From the NCBI GenBank assembly GCA_964291625.2, contig OZ220089.1:4721842-4785841 (forward strand): a stretch of 64,000 nt of DNA, in the 5' to 3' direction. Within the stretch, counting starts at the first letter, position 1, and each line of letters opens with the position of its first letter. The notes beneath the pieces were generated by a model that worked only from the letters and a program-made list of their open reading frames with translations, searched no databases and was not told the origin of the DNA. This DNA is from Candidatus Latescibacterota bacterium (lineage in GTDB: Bacteria; Latescibacterota; UBA2968; UBA8231). This document shows positions 30,056-41,224 of this stretch, piece after piece. A program made the translations under genes and the position numbers.

Positions 30056-30299
30056 TGTCCTAAACTCCCTCCAGAGAGAGTGTTTGACTCAAGATGCCGT
30101 TTCGCCTAACGGACCTCGCCGTCCAGCAGACGGCCGTAGGAAGTGTACCCCGTCAACTGGACAGGAATTGGGCTTGTGCAAGCGAGCGTCTCGAGATGTG
30201 ATGGAGCGGTACGGCGCCCCGGGGCCCGGATCGAAGCCCGGCCTCCCGGACTTGCACCCAGGCCGGGCCCCCGGGGCCGTGAGGAGAGCCCCCCCGCGC

Positions 30300-31127
30300 T
30301 CAGGCCGCCCGGTGGTAGACATCGCTGGGGGTCTCGTAGTCGAAGGCCTGGTGCGGCCGCTCGAGGTTGTAGAAGCGGAAGTAGGCCGCCACGCCCTCGA
30401 TCAACTCGGGGACGGTGTCGTAGGCCTTCAGGTAGATGTCCTCGTACTTCAGGGAGCGCCACAGCCGCTCGATGAAGATGTTGTCCAGCACCCGGCCGCG
30501 GCCGTCCATGCTCACCCGCGCCCCGGCGGCCTCGACCCGCTCGGTGAAGGCGGTGCTGGTGAACTGGGCCCCCTGGTCGGTGTTGAAGATCTCCGGCCGC
30601 CCCTGGCTCAGAGCCTCCTCCAAAGCCTCCAGGCAGAAGGCCGCGTCGAGGGTGTTGGAGACCCGCCAAGCCAGCACGTAGCGGCTGAACCAGTCCATGA
30701 CCGCCACCAGGTAGACGAAGCCGGAAGGCATCGGCAGATAGGTGATGTCGCTGCACCACACCTGGTCCGGCCGGTCCACGGTCATCCCTCGCAGCAGATA
30801 CGGATAGACCCGGTGCTGAGGGTTGGGAGTGGTCGGTCGCGGGCGAGGATAGATCGCCTGCAGGCCCATGACCTTCATCAGGCGATGCACGCGCTTGAGA
30901 TTGACCGGGTGCCCCTGCCGCCTCAGAGCCGCGCAGATCCGGCGCACGCCGTAGACCGGGCGCTTGGTGTAGATCCGGTCGATGACGTTCATCAGGTCGA
31001 GGGTGAGCGGGTCTGGCCCCTCCGGGTGGTAGTAGAAACTGGATCGGGCCAGCCCGAGCAGCTCGCACTGCCGGTGCACGCTCAGCTGGGCGTGGCGCGG
31101 CTCGATGAGAGCGCGGCGCTCAGCCAC
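30300..31127 (-). CDS. IS3 transposase OrfB (DDE integrase core), probably fused to OrfA by a -1 frameshift
   Basis: 'WCSDITY', '[11 protein letters not shown]', '[15 protein letters not shown]'; A8 slippery run at 31141-31148. Confidence 0.92.
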   Translation of the reverse strand: MAERRALIEPRHAQLSVHRQCELLGLARSSFYYHPEGPDPLTLDLMNVIDRIYTKRPVYGVRRICAALRRQGHPVNLKRVHRLMKVMGLQAIYPRPRPTTPNPQHRVYPYLLRGMTVDRPDQVWCSDITYLPMPSGFVYLVAVMDWFSRYVLAWRVSNTLDAAFCLEALEEALSQGRPEIFNTDQGAQFTSTAFTERVEAAGARVSMDGRGRVLDNIFIERLWRSLKYEDIYLKAYDTVPELIEGVAAYFRFYNLERPHQAFDYETPSDVYHRAA

Positions 31128-31409
31128 CGACAGCCTCGTGTTTTTTTTGAAGCCACTCCAGCTCCATCTGCAGGCGACCGATCTGCTCGTAGAGCTCGGG
31201 CACCGAGGCGGCCTCCTCGTCCGGCCGCCGGCCCCCGGGGCCCTGGAAGGCCTCGGGCAACCGCTCCAGCAACTGCTTCTTCCAGCCGTGGATCTGGCTG
31301 GGGTGGACGGAGAACTTGCGGGCCAGCTCGTTGACCGTCTGCCGCTCGCGCAGGGCCTCCAGAGCCACCTTGGCCTTAAACTGAGCCGAGTGCGTCTTGC
31401 GTTTCCTCG

Positions 31410-31413
<4 letters not shown>
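31120..31413 (-). CDS. IS3 transposase OrfA (HTH)
   Basis: '[17 protein letters not shown]...[20 protein letters not shown]...[18 protein letters not shown]'. Confidence 0.9.
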
Positions 31414-32875
<1,462 letters not shown>

Positions 32876-32879
<4 letters not shown>

Positions 32880-34228
32880 ACCAGCTCTCCGAAGGTCTCG
32901 CTCTCGCGGGCCCGGGTGAGGGCCACCTCGACGAAGGAGTTCGCCCGGACGGGGGTGCCGGCGGTCTCGAAGCGGACGCGGATGTAGTTGTCGGTGAGCC
33001 CGGAGGCCAGGCCGTCCCCGCCGGCATCCTCCACCAGGACGCGCACCCTGCGGCCGAGGTGGCGGCGGTGGAAGTCCAGCCGCTTGCCCTCGCCGAGGGC
33101 GATCAGCTCGCGCACCCGGCGGCTCTTCACCGGGCCGCTGCAGTGGCCGCCGAGGCGCTGCGCCGGCGTCTCCTGGCGCTCGGAGTAGGGGAAGACGTGC
33201 AGGTAGGTGACGGGCAGGCGCTCCAGGAGGCGGCGCGTAGAGGCGAAGTGTTCCTCGCCCTCCCCCGGGAAGCCGGCCATGACGTCGGCGCCGATGGCGC
33301 ACCCGGGCAGCCGGTCGGCGATGCGGGTGATGCGCTCGGCGTAGCGCGCCGCCGTGCAGCGCCGGCCCATGCGCCGCAGCACGCGGTCGTCGCCGCTCTG
33401 CAGGGGCACGTGGAAGTGGCGGCAGACGCTCTCCGTGTCGGCGGCGATGTCGATGAGCCCGTCGCTCACGTACCCGGGCTCGATCGAGTTGAGGCGGATG
33501 CGCTCCAGCCCCTCGACGGCGGCGAGCTGCCGCACCAGGTCGGCGAAGTCGTCGGACTCGTCGGACTCGTCCAGATCGCGGCCGTAGGAGCCGGTGTGGA
33601 CGCCGGTCAGGGCCAGCTCGCGGTAGCCGGCCTCGACCATCTTGCGGGCCTGGGCCAGGACCTCGGCCGGCGGCCGGCTGGCCCCGGGGCCGCGGACGCT
33701 GGGGATGATGCAGAAGGTGCAGTGCTCGTCGCAGCCGTCCTGGATCTGCAGGGTGCCGCGGGTGCGGCCCTCGGCGACGGCGCCGTCGATCTGCAGGAAG
33801 CGCGTGGTGGGGGGCCGCCTTCCCGGGGCGGGGCCCGGCGCCGGGGCCTCCGGGGATCCCTGGTGGACGGCCGCCCCGGGGGGGCCGCCGAGGTGCTCCC
33901 GCACCCTGTCGACGAGACCGGCCTTGTCGGTGTTCGGGACCACCAGGCCGGCGCCGGCGCCGCGCAGCTCCTCGGGCCGGCGCTGGGCGTAGCAGCCGGT
34001 GGCCACCACCAGGGCCTCCGGGTTGCTCCGGCGGGCGCGGCGCACGGCGCGGCGCGAGTCGGCGTCGCCGGAGCCGGTGACCGTGCAGGTGTTGACCACG
34101 TACACGTCGGCCTCCTCGGCGAAGGGGACCACGCGCCAGCCGCTGCCGCCGAACCCGGCCTTGAGGGCCTCGGCCTCGTACTGGTTCAGCTTGCAGCCGA
34201 GATGATGGACGGCGACGCGCGGGGACAC
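32876..34228 (-). CDS. mtaB: tRNA t6A37 methylthiotransferase
   Basis: 'LGCKLNQYEAE', 'VNTCTVT', 'QDGCDEHCTFCIIP', 'LTGVHTGSYG', 'HVFPYSER', 'GLTDNYIRV'. Confidence 0.9.
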
Positions 34229-34322
34229 CGGCGGAAGACCTTGTGGGAGAAGGAGTAGCAGAGAACCGCGAGAGCTGCCAGGGAAGGTACGCCGGAGGCC
34301 GGAGGGGCGCAACGGCGAGGCT

Positions 34323-34351
34323 TTGACGGGGAGAGCGGGCGCCGGTAGCCT
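34323..34351 (+). promoter_or_regulatory. Putative sigma-70 promoter
   Basis: TTGACG-N17-TAGCCT upstream of the gene at 34399. Confidence 0.5.
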
Positions 34352-34398
34352 ATGAGGGAAAGCTCTGCCGCCGGGAAACCCTATCGAAGGCATCGCTC

Positions 34399-36576
34399 AT
34401 GTCACGAGCCCCCCGCCCCCTGCCGCGCTGGACCCGCGCCGTCCTCACCGCCGCCGTCCTCGCCGCCCTCGTCGCCCTGGACCTGCGCTTCAACCTCGCC
34501 CGCACTCTGTTCGTCGGGCCCGCCGAATCGCAGGCCGCCTCCGAGGAGCCGCTGCAGGTGCAGGGGCTGCCGATCCTGCGCCCCGGCACCCTGACCCTGG
34601 GGGAGGGGAACCCGACGGTTGCGGTGGCGGCCTCCATCGACGCGGAGCTGGCCGACCCGGCCCCCATCGACCAGGACCTGAGCTACGCGCAGGTCGACGC
34701 CATCGTCCGCCGGGCTCTCGACCTCGACCGCTCCGGCGCCTCGATCCGCGACGTCATCGAGCCCGGCGACGAGGTGCTCGTCAAGGTGAACTCGGTGACC
34801 AACCGCGGGCGCCTCGACCAGAAACAGAGCGGCACCGGGTACTTTCACGCCGGCTTCGAGCACCCCGGGCAGATCACGGACCTGCGGGTCGTCAAGAGCC
34901 TCATCGCCTACCTCATCGAGCACGTCGGCCCGCGGCGCATCCTCATCGCCGAGGGCGGGGCCGAGTCCCCCCGCCGCGGCGAGCCCGGGTTCCCGTCGGG
35001 CCTGGAGGACGACTCCTGGTCGGTGACCTACCCCGAGTTCGACGGCCTCTCCTACGTGGGCATCGTCGAGGAGTTCCGGGCCCTGGGCGTGGAGACCGCG
35101 GTCGACACCTCCGACCTCAACTACGCGCCGTACCGGCGCCAGCCGGTCCCCGGAGGCGCCCTGCAGCGTCTCGGGGTCACCCGCCTGAGGTACCCCGGCG
35201 CCCAGTTCGGCTTCCACGTGGAGGGCACCGGCTCCTTCCGCGCCGACGGCTACTACATGCCCGAGCCGATCCTCGACGCCGACAAGGTGATCTCCGTGCC
35301 GGCCATGAAGACGACGATCTACGGCACCACCCTGGCGCTGAAGAACTACGTCGGCACCCTGGCCTCGGCCGCCTACGGCGACGGCACCTCCAAGCGCGAG
35401 CACTACCAGAACAACCCCGAGCACGGCTACGTCGACCTCTTCGCCTACAACCCGCCCGTCTACTCGGTGATCGAGGGGTTCTGGGGCACCGAGGGCCACG
35501 GGCCCCAGTGGGGGCACAACGTGCAGCACAACGTCGTCGTCGCCGGCTCCGACCCGCTGGCCGCGGAGGCGATCGCCAACGTCACCATGGGCTTCGACGC
35601 CCTCGACCTGGAGGCCCTCTACCTGGCGGCGGCCAAGGGCTACGGCACCATCGATCGGCGGCGGATCCGGGTCGTCGGGCGCGAGCCCGAGAGCGTGCGG
35701 CGCGACTTCGTCAAGTCGGGGGGCGGCTCGGGGCAGGGGTTCTTCTACGGCCGCGGCATCCGCCGCTGGCTGGCGGCCGGCCCCTTCGAGGGCCGCGACG
35801 TGGACGAGGCCCACCTGCCGGGCGAGGCCGACCTGCGGCCCCTGGAGGGCGAGACCGCCGGCGCCGGCAGCTGGGTCCGCGCCGAGCACCTCGGGTACAG
35901 CGCCGAGATCCTCGACCTCGGCGAGATCGCCGGCGGCGAGGGCAACTCGACGAGCTACGCCTTCACCCTCGTCCACTCGCCCGGCGATCAGGAGGGCTTC
36001 CTGTGGCTGGGCTTCCAGGAGCATCTGAAGGTCTGGCTCAACGGCGAGGAGGTCTTCTCGCGGACCTCGCCCGCCTCCTTCGCCCTGGCGGCGGAGAAGG
36101 TCCCGGTGCGGCTGCGGGCCGGGGAGAACCGCCTGCTCTTCAAGGCGGCCAGCTACTCGGGCGAGACGAGGCTCGCCGCCCACGTGGTCGACGAGGACGG
36201 CGACCGGCTTCCCGGCATCCGCTTCGCGCTGCCGGGGGAGATGCCCACGGCCGTGGCCGCAACGGAGGCCGGGGCGGTCCCCGGGAGCCACGCCCTGCTG
36301 GGCAACTACCCGAACCCCTTCAACGCCTCCACCCACCTGCGCTTCGCCCTGGCCGCCGAGGCCGACGTGCGCATCGCCGTGCACAACCTGGCGGGGCAGC
36401 GGATACGCCAGCTCGTGGAAGGGCCGGCGCCGGCCGGGGTCCACGAGGTGGTCTGGGACGGCCGCGACGACGGCGGCGCCAGCGCCGCCAGCGGGGTCTA
36501 CGTGGCGGTGATGGAAGCCCGCGGCAGCGGCGGGTCCGCCTTCCGGCAGAGCCGGTCGATGGCGCTGCTGCGGTAG
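34399..36576 (+). CDS. Exported DUF362-domain protein with C-terminal FlgD-Ig (T9SS-like) domain
   Basis: N-terminal hydrophobic segment; DUF362 motifs 'VLVKVN...TDLRVV...IAEG', 'ISVPAMKT...TLALKN..G', 'GHGP...AGSDPLA'; CTD 'NYPNPFNAST...WDGRDDGG..AASGVY'. Confidence 0.75.
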   Translation: MSRAPRPLPRWTRAVLTAAVLAALVALDLRFNLARTLFVGPAESQAASEEPLQVQGLPILRPGTLTLGEGNPTVAVAASIDAELADPAPIDQDLSYAQVDAIVRRALDLDRSGASIRDVIEPGDEVLVKVNSVTNRGRLDQKQSGTGYFHAGFEHPGQITDLRVVKSLIAYLIEHVGPRRILIAEGGAESPRRGEPGFPSGLEDDSWSVTYPEFDGLSYVGIVEEFRALGVETAVDTSDLNYAPYRRQPVPGGALQRLGVTRLRYPGAQFGFHVEGTGSFRADGYYMPEPILDADKVISVPAMKTTIYGTTLALKNYVGTLASAAYGDGTSKREHYQNNPEHGYVDLFAYNPPVYSVIEGFWGTEGHGPQWGHNVQHNVVVAGSDPLAAEAIANVTMGFDALDLEALYLAAAKGYGTIDRRRIRVVGREPESVRRDFVKSGGGSGQGFFYGRGIRRWLAAGPFEGRDVDEAHLPGEADLRPLEGETAGAGSWVRAEHLGYSAEILDLGEIAGGEGNSTSYAFTLVHSPGDQEGFLWLGFQEHLKVWLNGEEVFSRTSPASFALAAEKVPVRLRAGENRLLFKAASYSGETRLAAHVVDEDGDRLPGIRFALPGEMPTAVAATEAGAVPGSHALLGNYPNPFNASTHLRFALAAEADVRIAVHNLAGQRIRQLVEGPAPAGVHEVVWDGRDDGGASAASGVYVAVMEARGSGGSAFRQSRSMALLR

Positions 36577-36833
36577 AGCGGGCCTGCGCCAGAGCCTTCA
36601 GCCGGCCCCTGCTTGATCTCCGAAGGCCGGTCGCAATGGAGTCTTGGCCGACCGGCTCGCCGCCCACGCTGGCGGGGCCAGCTCGGAGTCGGCATAGCCG
36701 CCCGTAGGTCGGAGGTTCGCGGACGGATGTAGCTGGCGAGGATCTCCAAGTCGAGCCGCCTGCTAGTTCATCCTCAAGCTCTCCTGCCGCCCTCGAGACA
36801 ATACCAAAGTCCGGGGAAGAAGAGTGTCTCGGT

Positions 36834-37517
36834 CTATAGCAATTGGCACGTAGGGTGCGGAACCGTCCGGATCAATCGGATGAATCGCTCTCTTCCTGAA
36901 AGCTCCTCAGTTCCCGATTTACGGTTCCACCAAGGGCTACTAGCATGCTGAGTCGCTCCTACCTTGACGTCTTGTTGGGCGATTGATTCCTGAAATACCC
37001 GTGCAGCTTTCATGCTGATGAAAAAGGCATGTCCGGGACTGAGTATTTCCATGACTTGTCGAATCACTTCGCCTGATTCTACGATGTCCAGATCTGTTTC
37101 CCCTATGCTCTCTCCTGTAGTAGCTGGGCGTTGAAACGCGTTCATGAAACAGTACCTCTGCATTATTGAGCAATCGTACTCCTGCCCCGTTGCGTCGCAC
37201 AACGCCTGTACTATGTTTGGTAGAAAAGGGGCCTTCCCCCCTCTCACATGAGAATCAACTATTGCTCTGGTATCTGTCCAACCCTTTTCACAACTATTGA
37301 GACGATTGGCATCCCCTTCGTACCACTGCGTAGCGTCAAGGTGAATGGTACTCTTCTCGGGGAGATAGTGACTCTCACCCAATAGAAGTATGCCCCCCCT
37401 TCGGTAGTTCTTACCGACGAACGGCATCATTTGACGATATCGCCGGTAATGCTCAATTTTCCGAAATCCCTTATCGTAACTGTTTGTGTAGTAGTAGGTG
37501 TTGTTTTCTTCGCTCAC
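36834..37517 (-). CDS. Low-GC hypothetical protein, uracil-DNA-glycosylase-like fold suspected
   Basis: 'PFVGKNY...ILLLGESHY', 'FMNAFQRP', 'QHASS'; AAGGAG RBS; AT-rich relative to host. Confidence 0.55.
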   Translation of the reverse strand: MSEENNTYYYTNSYDKGFRKIEHYRRYRQMMPFVGKNYRRGGILLLGESHYLPEKSTIHLDATQWYEGDANRLNSCEKGWTDTRAIVDSHVRGGKAPFLPNIVQALCDATGQEYDCSIMQRYCFMNAFQRPATTGESIGETDLDIVESGEVIRQVMEILSPGHAFFISMKAARVFQESIAQQDVKVGATQHASSPWWNRKSGTEELSGRERFIRLIRTVPHPTCQLL

Positions 37518-37569
37518 TTCACTCTCCTTACGAATCTACGGGCTCAATGCATAGTGCAAGAGCGGGGCG

Positions 37570-39873
37570 CTAGGCCGGCTGCAGCCCGGCGTAGGCGGCC
37601 ATGACCCGCTTGGTGGTGCCGCCGAAGCGGATCGACAGCTTGGTCTTCTCGCCCTGGCCCTCGCGCTCGACGATCCTCCCGCGGCCCCAATCGGGATGGA
37701 CGACCCAGCGGCCCACGGCCAGGGGGTCGCCGTCGGCGTCGAACTCCTCCCCGGCGGGGGAGTCCTCGTCCGGCACGTAGTGAACGCCCTTCGGCTTCGG
37801 GTCGGCGGCGGGGCGCTGACGCGCCGGCGGCGGCGGCGCCTCGGACCGCTGGCGCTTGCGGCGGCCGGCGCCGGGGGGGGATCCCCAGGCGAGCTGGGCC
37901 TCGACCTCCTCCTGCTCCACCAGTTCCTCGGGGATCTCGGCGAGGAACCGCGAAGGCAGCATCTCCCGCGCCTGGCCGAAGAGGTAGCGCCAGCGCGCCC
38001 AGGTGAGCAGCAGGTGCCGGCGGGCCCGGGTGATGCCCACGTAGCACAGCCGCCGCTCCTCCTCGATGGCGCCGGCGTCGGTGCGCGAGGCCTCGATGGC
38101 GCGCATCGTCGGGAACAGTTCCTCCTCGAGGCCGCAGATGGCGATCACCGGGTACTCCAGACCCTTGGCGCCGTGGAGGGTCATCAGCGTCAGGGTGCCC
38201 TGGTCGCCGGCGGCCAGACCGGCCTCGTCCTCGGAGGTCATGAGGGCGACCTGCTCCAGGAACTCGCTCAGACCGGCCTCCTCGTCCTCGTGCTCGGCGG
38301 CGAACTCGGCCATGCCGTTGACGAGCTCGTCGAGGTTCTCCCGGCGGGCCTGGGCGTCGGGCGTGTCCTGCGCCTCCAGGGCGTCGAGGTAGCCGGTGCG
38401 CTCCATGACCTCCCGGGCCAGCTCCGGGAGGGTGAGACCGCCGCCGCCGGCGGCCTGGGCCAGGGACTCCATCACCGCGGCGAACTCCTGCACCGCCCTG
38501 GCCGACCGCCCCCCGAGACCGGGGACCTCCGCGGCGTGGAGGGCGGCCTGGATGAGGTTGGTGTGGCTGCTGGCGGCGTGGGCGGCCAGCCGCTCCACCG
38601 TGCGGTCGCCGATGCCGCGCCGGGGCGTGTTGATCACCCGCAGCAGGCTGATGTCGTCGGCCGGGTTCACCAGCAGCCGCAGGTAGGCGAGGACGTCCTT
38701 CACCTCCCGGCGCTCGTAGAACCGGATGCCGCCCACCAGGACATAGGGGATCCCCCGGCGGCGCAGCTCCTCCTCGAGGACGCGGGACTGGGCGTTGGCG
38801 CGGTAGAGGATCGCCGCGTCGGAGAGGGTCAGCCCCTCCTCGCGGCAGCGGCCGCCCACGGCTTCGACGAGGTGGCGCGCTTCGGCGCGGTCGTCGCCGC
38901 ACTCGGCCAGCCGGATCGCCGGCCCCTCCTCGCCCCGGGTCCACAGGCTCTTGCCCTTGCGCGCCAGGTTGTGGCCGATGACGGCGTTGGCGGCGGCCAG
39001 GATGCGGCTGGTGGAGCGGTAGTTCTGCTCCAGGCGCACGACCACGGCCTCGGGGTAGTCCGCCTCGAAGTCGAGGATGTTGCGGATGTCGGCGCCGCGG
39101 AACTGGTAGATCGACTGGTCGTCGTCGCCGACGACGCAGAGGTTGCGGTGCTCGGCGGCCAGCAGCCGGGTGAGCAGGTACTGGGGGCGGTTGGTGTCCT
39201 GGTACTCGTCGACGAGGATGTGCCGCCAGCGCTCCCGCCACTTCTCCAGGACCTCCTCGTGGCGCTGCAGCCGGCGCACCGGCTCGACGATGAGGTCGTC
39301 GAAGTCGAAGGCGTTGTTGGCCCGCAGCCCCTCTTCGTACGCGGAGTAGACCTCGGCCAGGCGCCGCCGGCGCGGGTTGCCGTCGGCCCCGCGGGTGAAC
39401 TCCTCGACGCCGATCATGGCGTTCTTGGCGCGGCTGATCTCGCCGTGGACCTGCCGTGGGGGGAAGTCCTGCTCGGCCAGGTCGAGGCCGTCGAGGACGC
39501 GGCGCACGAGGGTGCGGGAGTCCTCGGCGTCGTAGATGGTGAAGTCGCCGTGGAGGCCGAAGGCGTCGGCCTCGTAGCGCAGCAGGCGCGCGCAGATCGA
39601 ATGGAAGGTGCCGATCCACAGCCTGCCCGCGCAGTCCTGGCCCACCAGGCGCTCGATGCGTTCCCGCATCTCGCCGGCGGCCTTGTTGGTGAAGGTGACG
39701 GCGAGGATGTGCCAGGGCGCCACCCCGGCCTCGTCGACGAGGTGGGCGATGCGGTGGGTGAGGACCCGGGTCTTGCCCGAGCCGGCGCCGGCCAGCACCA
39801 GCAGCGGGCCCGAGGTCTTCTCGACGGCGCGGCGCTGTTCCGGGTTGAGCCCGGCGAGGTGGCCGGCCTCCAT
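37570..39873 (-). CDS. pcrA: ATP-dependent DNA helicase PcrA/UvrD
   Basis: 'LNPEQRRAV...AGAGSGKTRVLT', 'VDEYQDTN', 'VGDDDQSIYQFRGA', 'EQNYRST', 'EEERRLCYVGITRA', C-terminal Tudor-like 'VVHPDWGRG'. Confidence 0.92.
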   Translation of the reverse strand: MEAGHLAGLNPEQRRAVEKTSGPLLVLAGAGSGKTRVLTHRIAHLVDEAGVAPWHILAVTFTNKAAGEMRERIERLVGQDCAGRLWIGTFHSICARLLRYEADAFGLHGDFTIYDAEDSRTLVRRVLDGLDLAEQDFPPRQVHGEISRAKNAMIGVEEFTRGADGNPRRRRLAEVYSAYEEGLRANNAFDFDDLIVEPVRRLQRHEEVLEKWRERWRHILVDEYQDTNRPQYLLTRLLAAEHRNLCVVGDDDQSIYQFRGADIRNILDFEADYPEAVVVRLEQNYRSTSRILAAANAVIGHNLARKGKSLWTRGEEGPAIRLAECGDDRAEARHLVEAVGGRCREEGLTLSDAAILYRANAQSRVLEEELRRRGIPYVLVGGIRFYERREVKDVLAYLRLLVNPADDISLLRVINTPRRGIGDRTVERLAAHAASSHTNLIQAALHAAEVPGLGGRSARAVQEFAAVMESLAQAAGGGGLTLPELAREVMERTGYLDALEAQDTPDAQARRENLDELVNGMAEFAAEHEDEEAGLSEFLEQVALMTSEDEAGLAAGDQGTLTLMTLHGAKGLEYPVIAICGLEEELFPTMRAIEASRTDAGAIEEERRLCYVGITRARRHLLLTWARWRYLFGQAREMLPSRFLAEIPEELVEQEEVEAQLAWGSPPGAGRRKRQRSEAPPPPARQRPAADPKPKGVHYVPDEDSPAGEEFDADGDPLAVGRWVVHPDWGRGRIVEREGQGEKTKLSIRFGGTTKRVMAAYAGLQPA

Positions 39874-40916
39874 CAGTTGAGCCCCGCAGCCCCGGCGGCG
39901 CGGGCGGCGGCGCGCGCCTGGCGCCGGATCTGGCGCTTGGCGGCCTCGTGCTCGCGGTTGGTGCGGCTGAACTCGTGGGTGCCGTCGCCGCGGGCCACGA
40001 AGAAGAAGTACTCGGTCTCGGGCGGGTGCAGGGCCGCCTCGAGGGAGGCGCGACCGGGGCTGCAGATCGGCCCCGGCGGCAGGCCGGCGTGGCGGTAGGT
40101 GTTGTAGGGGGAGACGACCTCCAGGTCCTCGTTGGTGAGGGGCTCCCGCTTCTGCACCCCGAGGGCGAACTCGACGGTGGCGCACGACTCGAGGCGGCGG
40201 TCGAGGTTCAGGCGGCGGTGGAAGATGGCGGCGATGACGGGCCGCTCCTCGGCGGCCATGGCCTCGCCCTCGACGATGGAGGCCAGGGTGACGGCCTCGT
40301 GCAGGGAGACGCCCAGCTCCGGCAGTCGCGCCGCCAGGGAGTCGTCGAAGACGCGGAAGAACTCGGCCACCATGTGGCGGACGATCTCCTCCTCGTCGGC
40401 GTCCGGCGGCAGGAAGTAGGTCTCGGGGAAGAGGTAGCCCTCCAGGGTCCCGGCCTCGACGCCGAGTTCCGAGAGCAGCCGCAGGGACTCGGTGGCGGCC
40501 ACGAAGCGCGCCGAGTCGGCCAGGCCCGCCGCCCGCAGCCGCCCCGCCGTCTGGTGGCGCGTGAGCCCCTCGGGGATCGTGACCCGCACCATCTCCAGCG
40601 GGGCTTCGAGCAAGTCGTCGAGGAGCTGGCTCGGCGAGCGCGAGCCGTCGAGGCGGTAGCGCCCCGCCTCCAGGCGGTTGGCCAGCCCCCGCCAGCGCGC
40701 CGCGGCCTCGAAGTACCGGGCGCTGCGCACGAGCCCGAGGGCCTCGAGGCGGACGCCGATGGCGCGGGCGCTCATGCCCTCGTCGATGGAGACGGCCAGC
40801 GCCGGGCCCCCCGTGGGCTGGCCCAGGTACCACAGGAGGGCCGCGCCAGCGCCGGCCCCGGCGGCGGCGAGGACCGCGGCCAGTGCGAGCCAGCGTCGGA
40901 TGGAGGGAAGGGGCAA
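39873..40916 (-). CDS. mltG: Endolytic transglycosylase MltG (YceG)
   Basis: N-terminal TM, 'VTIPEG', 'LEGYLFPETY', 'LASIVEGE', 'SPYNTYRHAGLPPGPICSPG'. Confidence 0.92.
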   Translation of the reverse strand: MPLPSIRRWLALAAVLAAAGAGAGAALLWYLGQPTGGPALAVSIDEGMSARAIGVRLEALGLVRSARYFEAAARWRGLANRLEAGRYRLDGSRSPSQLLDDLLEAPLEMVRVTIPEGLTRHQTAGRLRAAGLADSARFVAATESLRLLSELGVEAGTLEGYLFPETYFLPPDADEEEIVRHMVAEFFRVFDDSLAARLPELGVSLHEAVTLASIVEGEAMAAEERPVIAAIFHRRLNLDRRLESCATVEFALGVQKREPLTNEDLEVVSPYNTYRHAGLPPGPICSPGRASLEAALHPPETEYFFFVARGDGTHEFSRTNREHEAAKRQIRRQARAAARAAGAAGLN

Positions 40917-41038
40917 GAGGATCGGCGGTCCCGGCGAGTCGGTGGAGGCCGGGGGTCCCTGCCGGTCCCGCGGCCGTCGAGGACGGGTCGGTCGAAGAAG
41001 CGGATCGTGCGTGAGCCCGGGGAGGACGCTCGGCGGGG

Positions 41039-41067
41039 ATTCTACCCGGGGTCCCCCGGAATGTCAA
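41039..41067 (-). promoter_or_regulatory. Near-consensus sigma-70 promoter of mltG-pcrA
   Basis: Minus strand reads TTGACA-N17-TAGAAT. Confidence 0.75.
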
Positions 41068-41224
41068 GCAGGTCCCGGAGCCCTGCCGGCGGGCCCGGAG
41101 AGACCGCTGCTCGACCTCTCGGCCGCGGCCCTTCCGAGCCGGTCCTCTTGCCCGGGGTCACCCCATCCGCCTGAGTTCTGCGCCCGGGTCCGCCATACCC
41201 GCCACGTCCCGGTCAGGCCCGCCG

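Larger units (their letters stand above)
23590..30143. mobile_element. Lower-GC genomic (defence) island, five co-oriented genes, no integrase
   Basis: Abrupt drop in GC content and codon bias relative to the flanks (visual). The left junction leaves the last gene without its own stop; the right end abuts IS3. Confidence 0.75.

Noticed and set aside
33551-33572. 9-bp tandem repeats in mtaB (DESDESD) and at 60224-60241 (NWPNWP)
   Set aside because: In-frame two-copy micro-duplications with no evident function.
37570-41067. 1165-aa ORF as a giant PcrA (likewise 16830-20519, 40678-44205, 11752-14010, 31410-33302, 20926-23583)
   Set aside because: The N-terminal extensions are off-frame reads of upstream genes; true starts lie at internal ATG/GTG codons with stop-start overlaps or an RBS.
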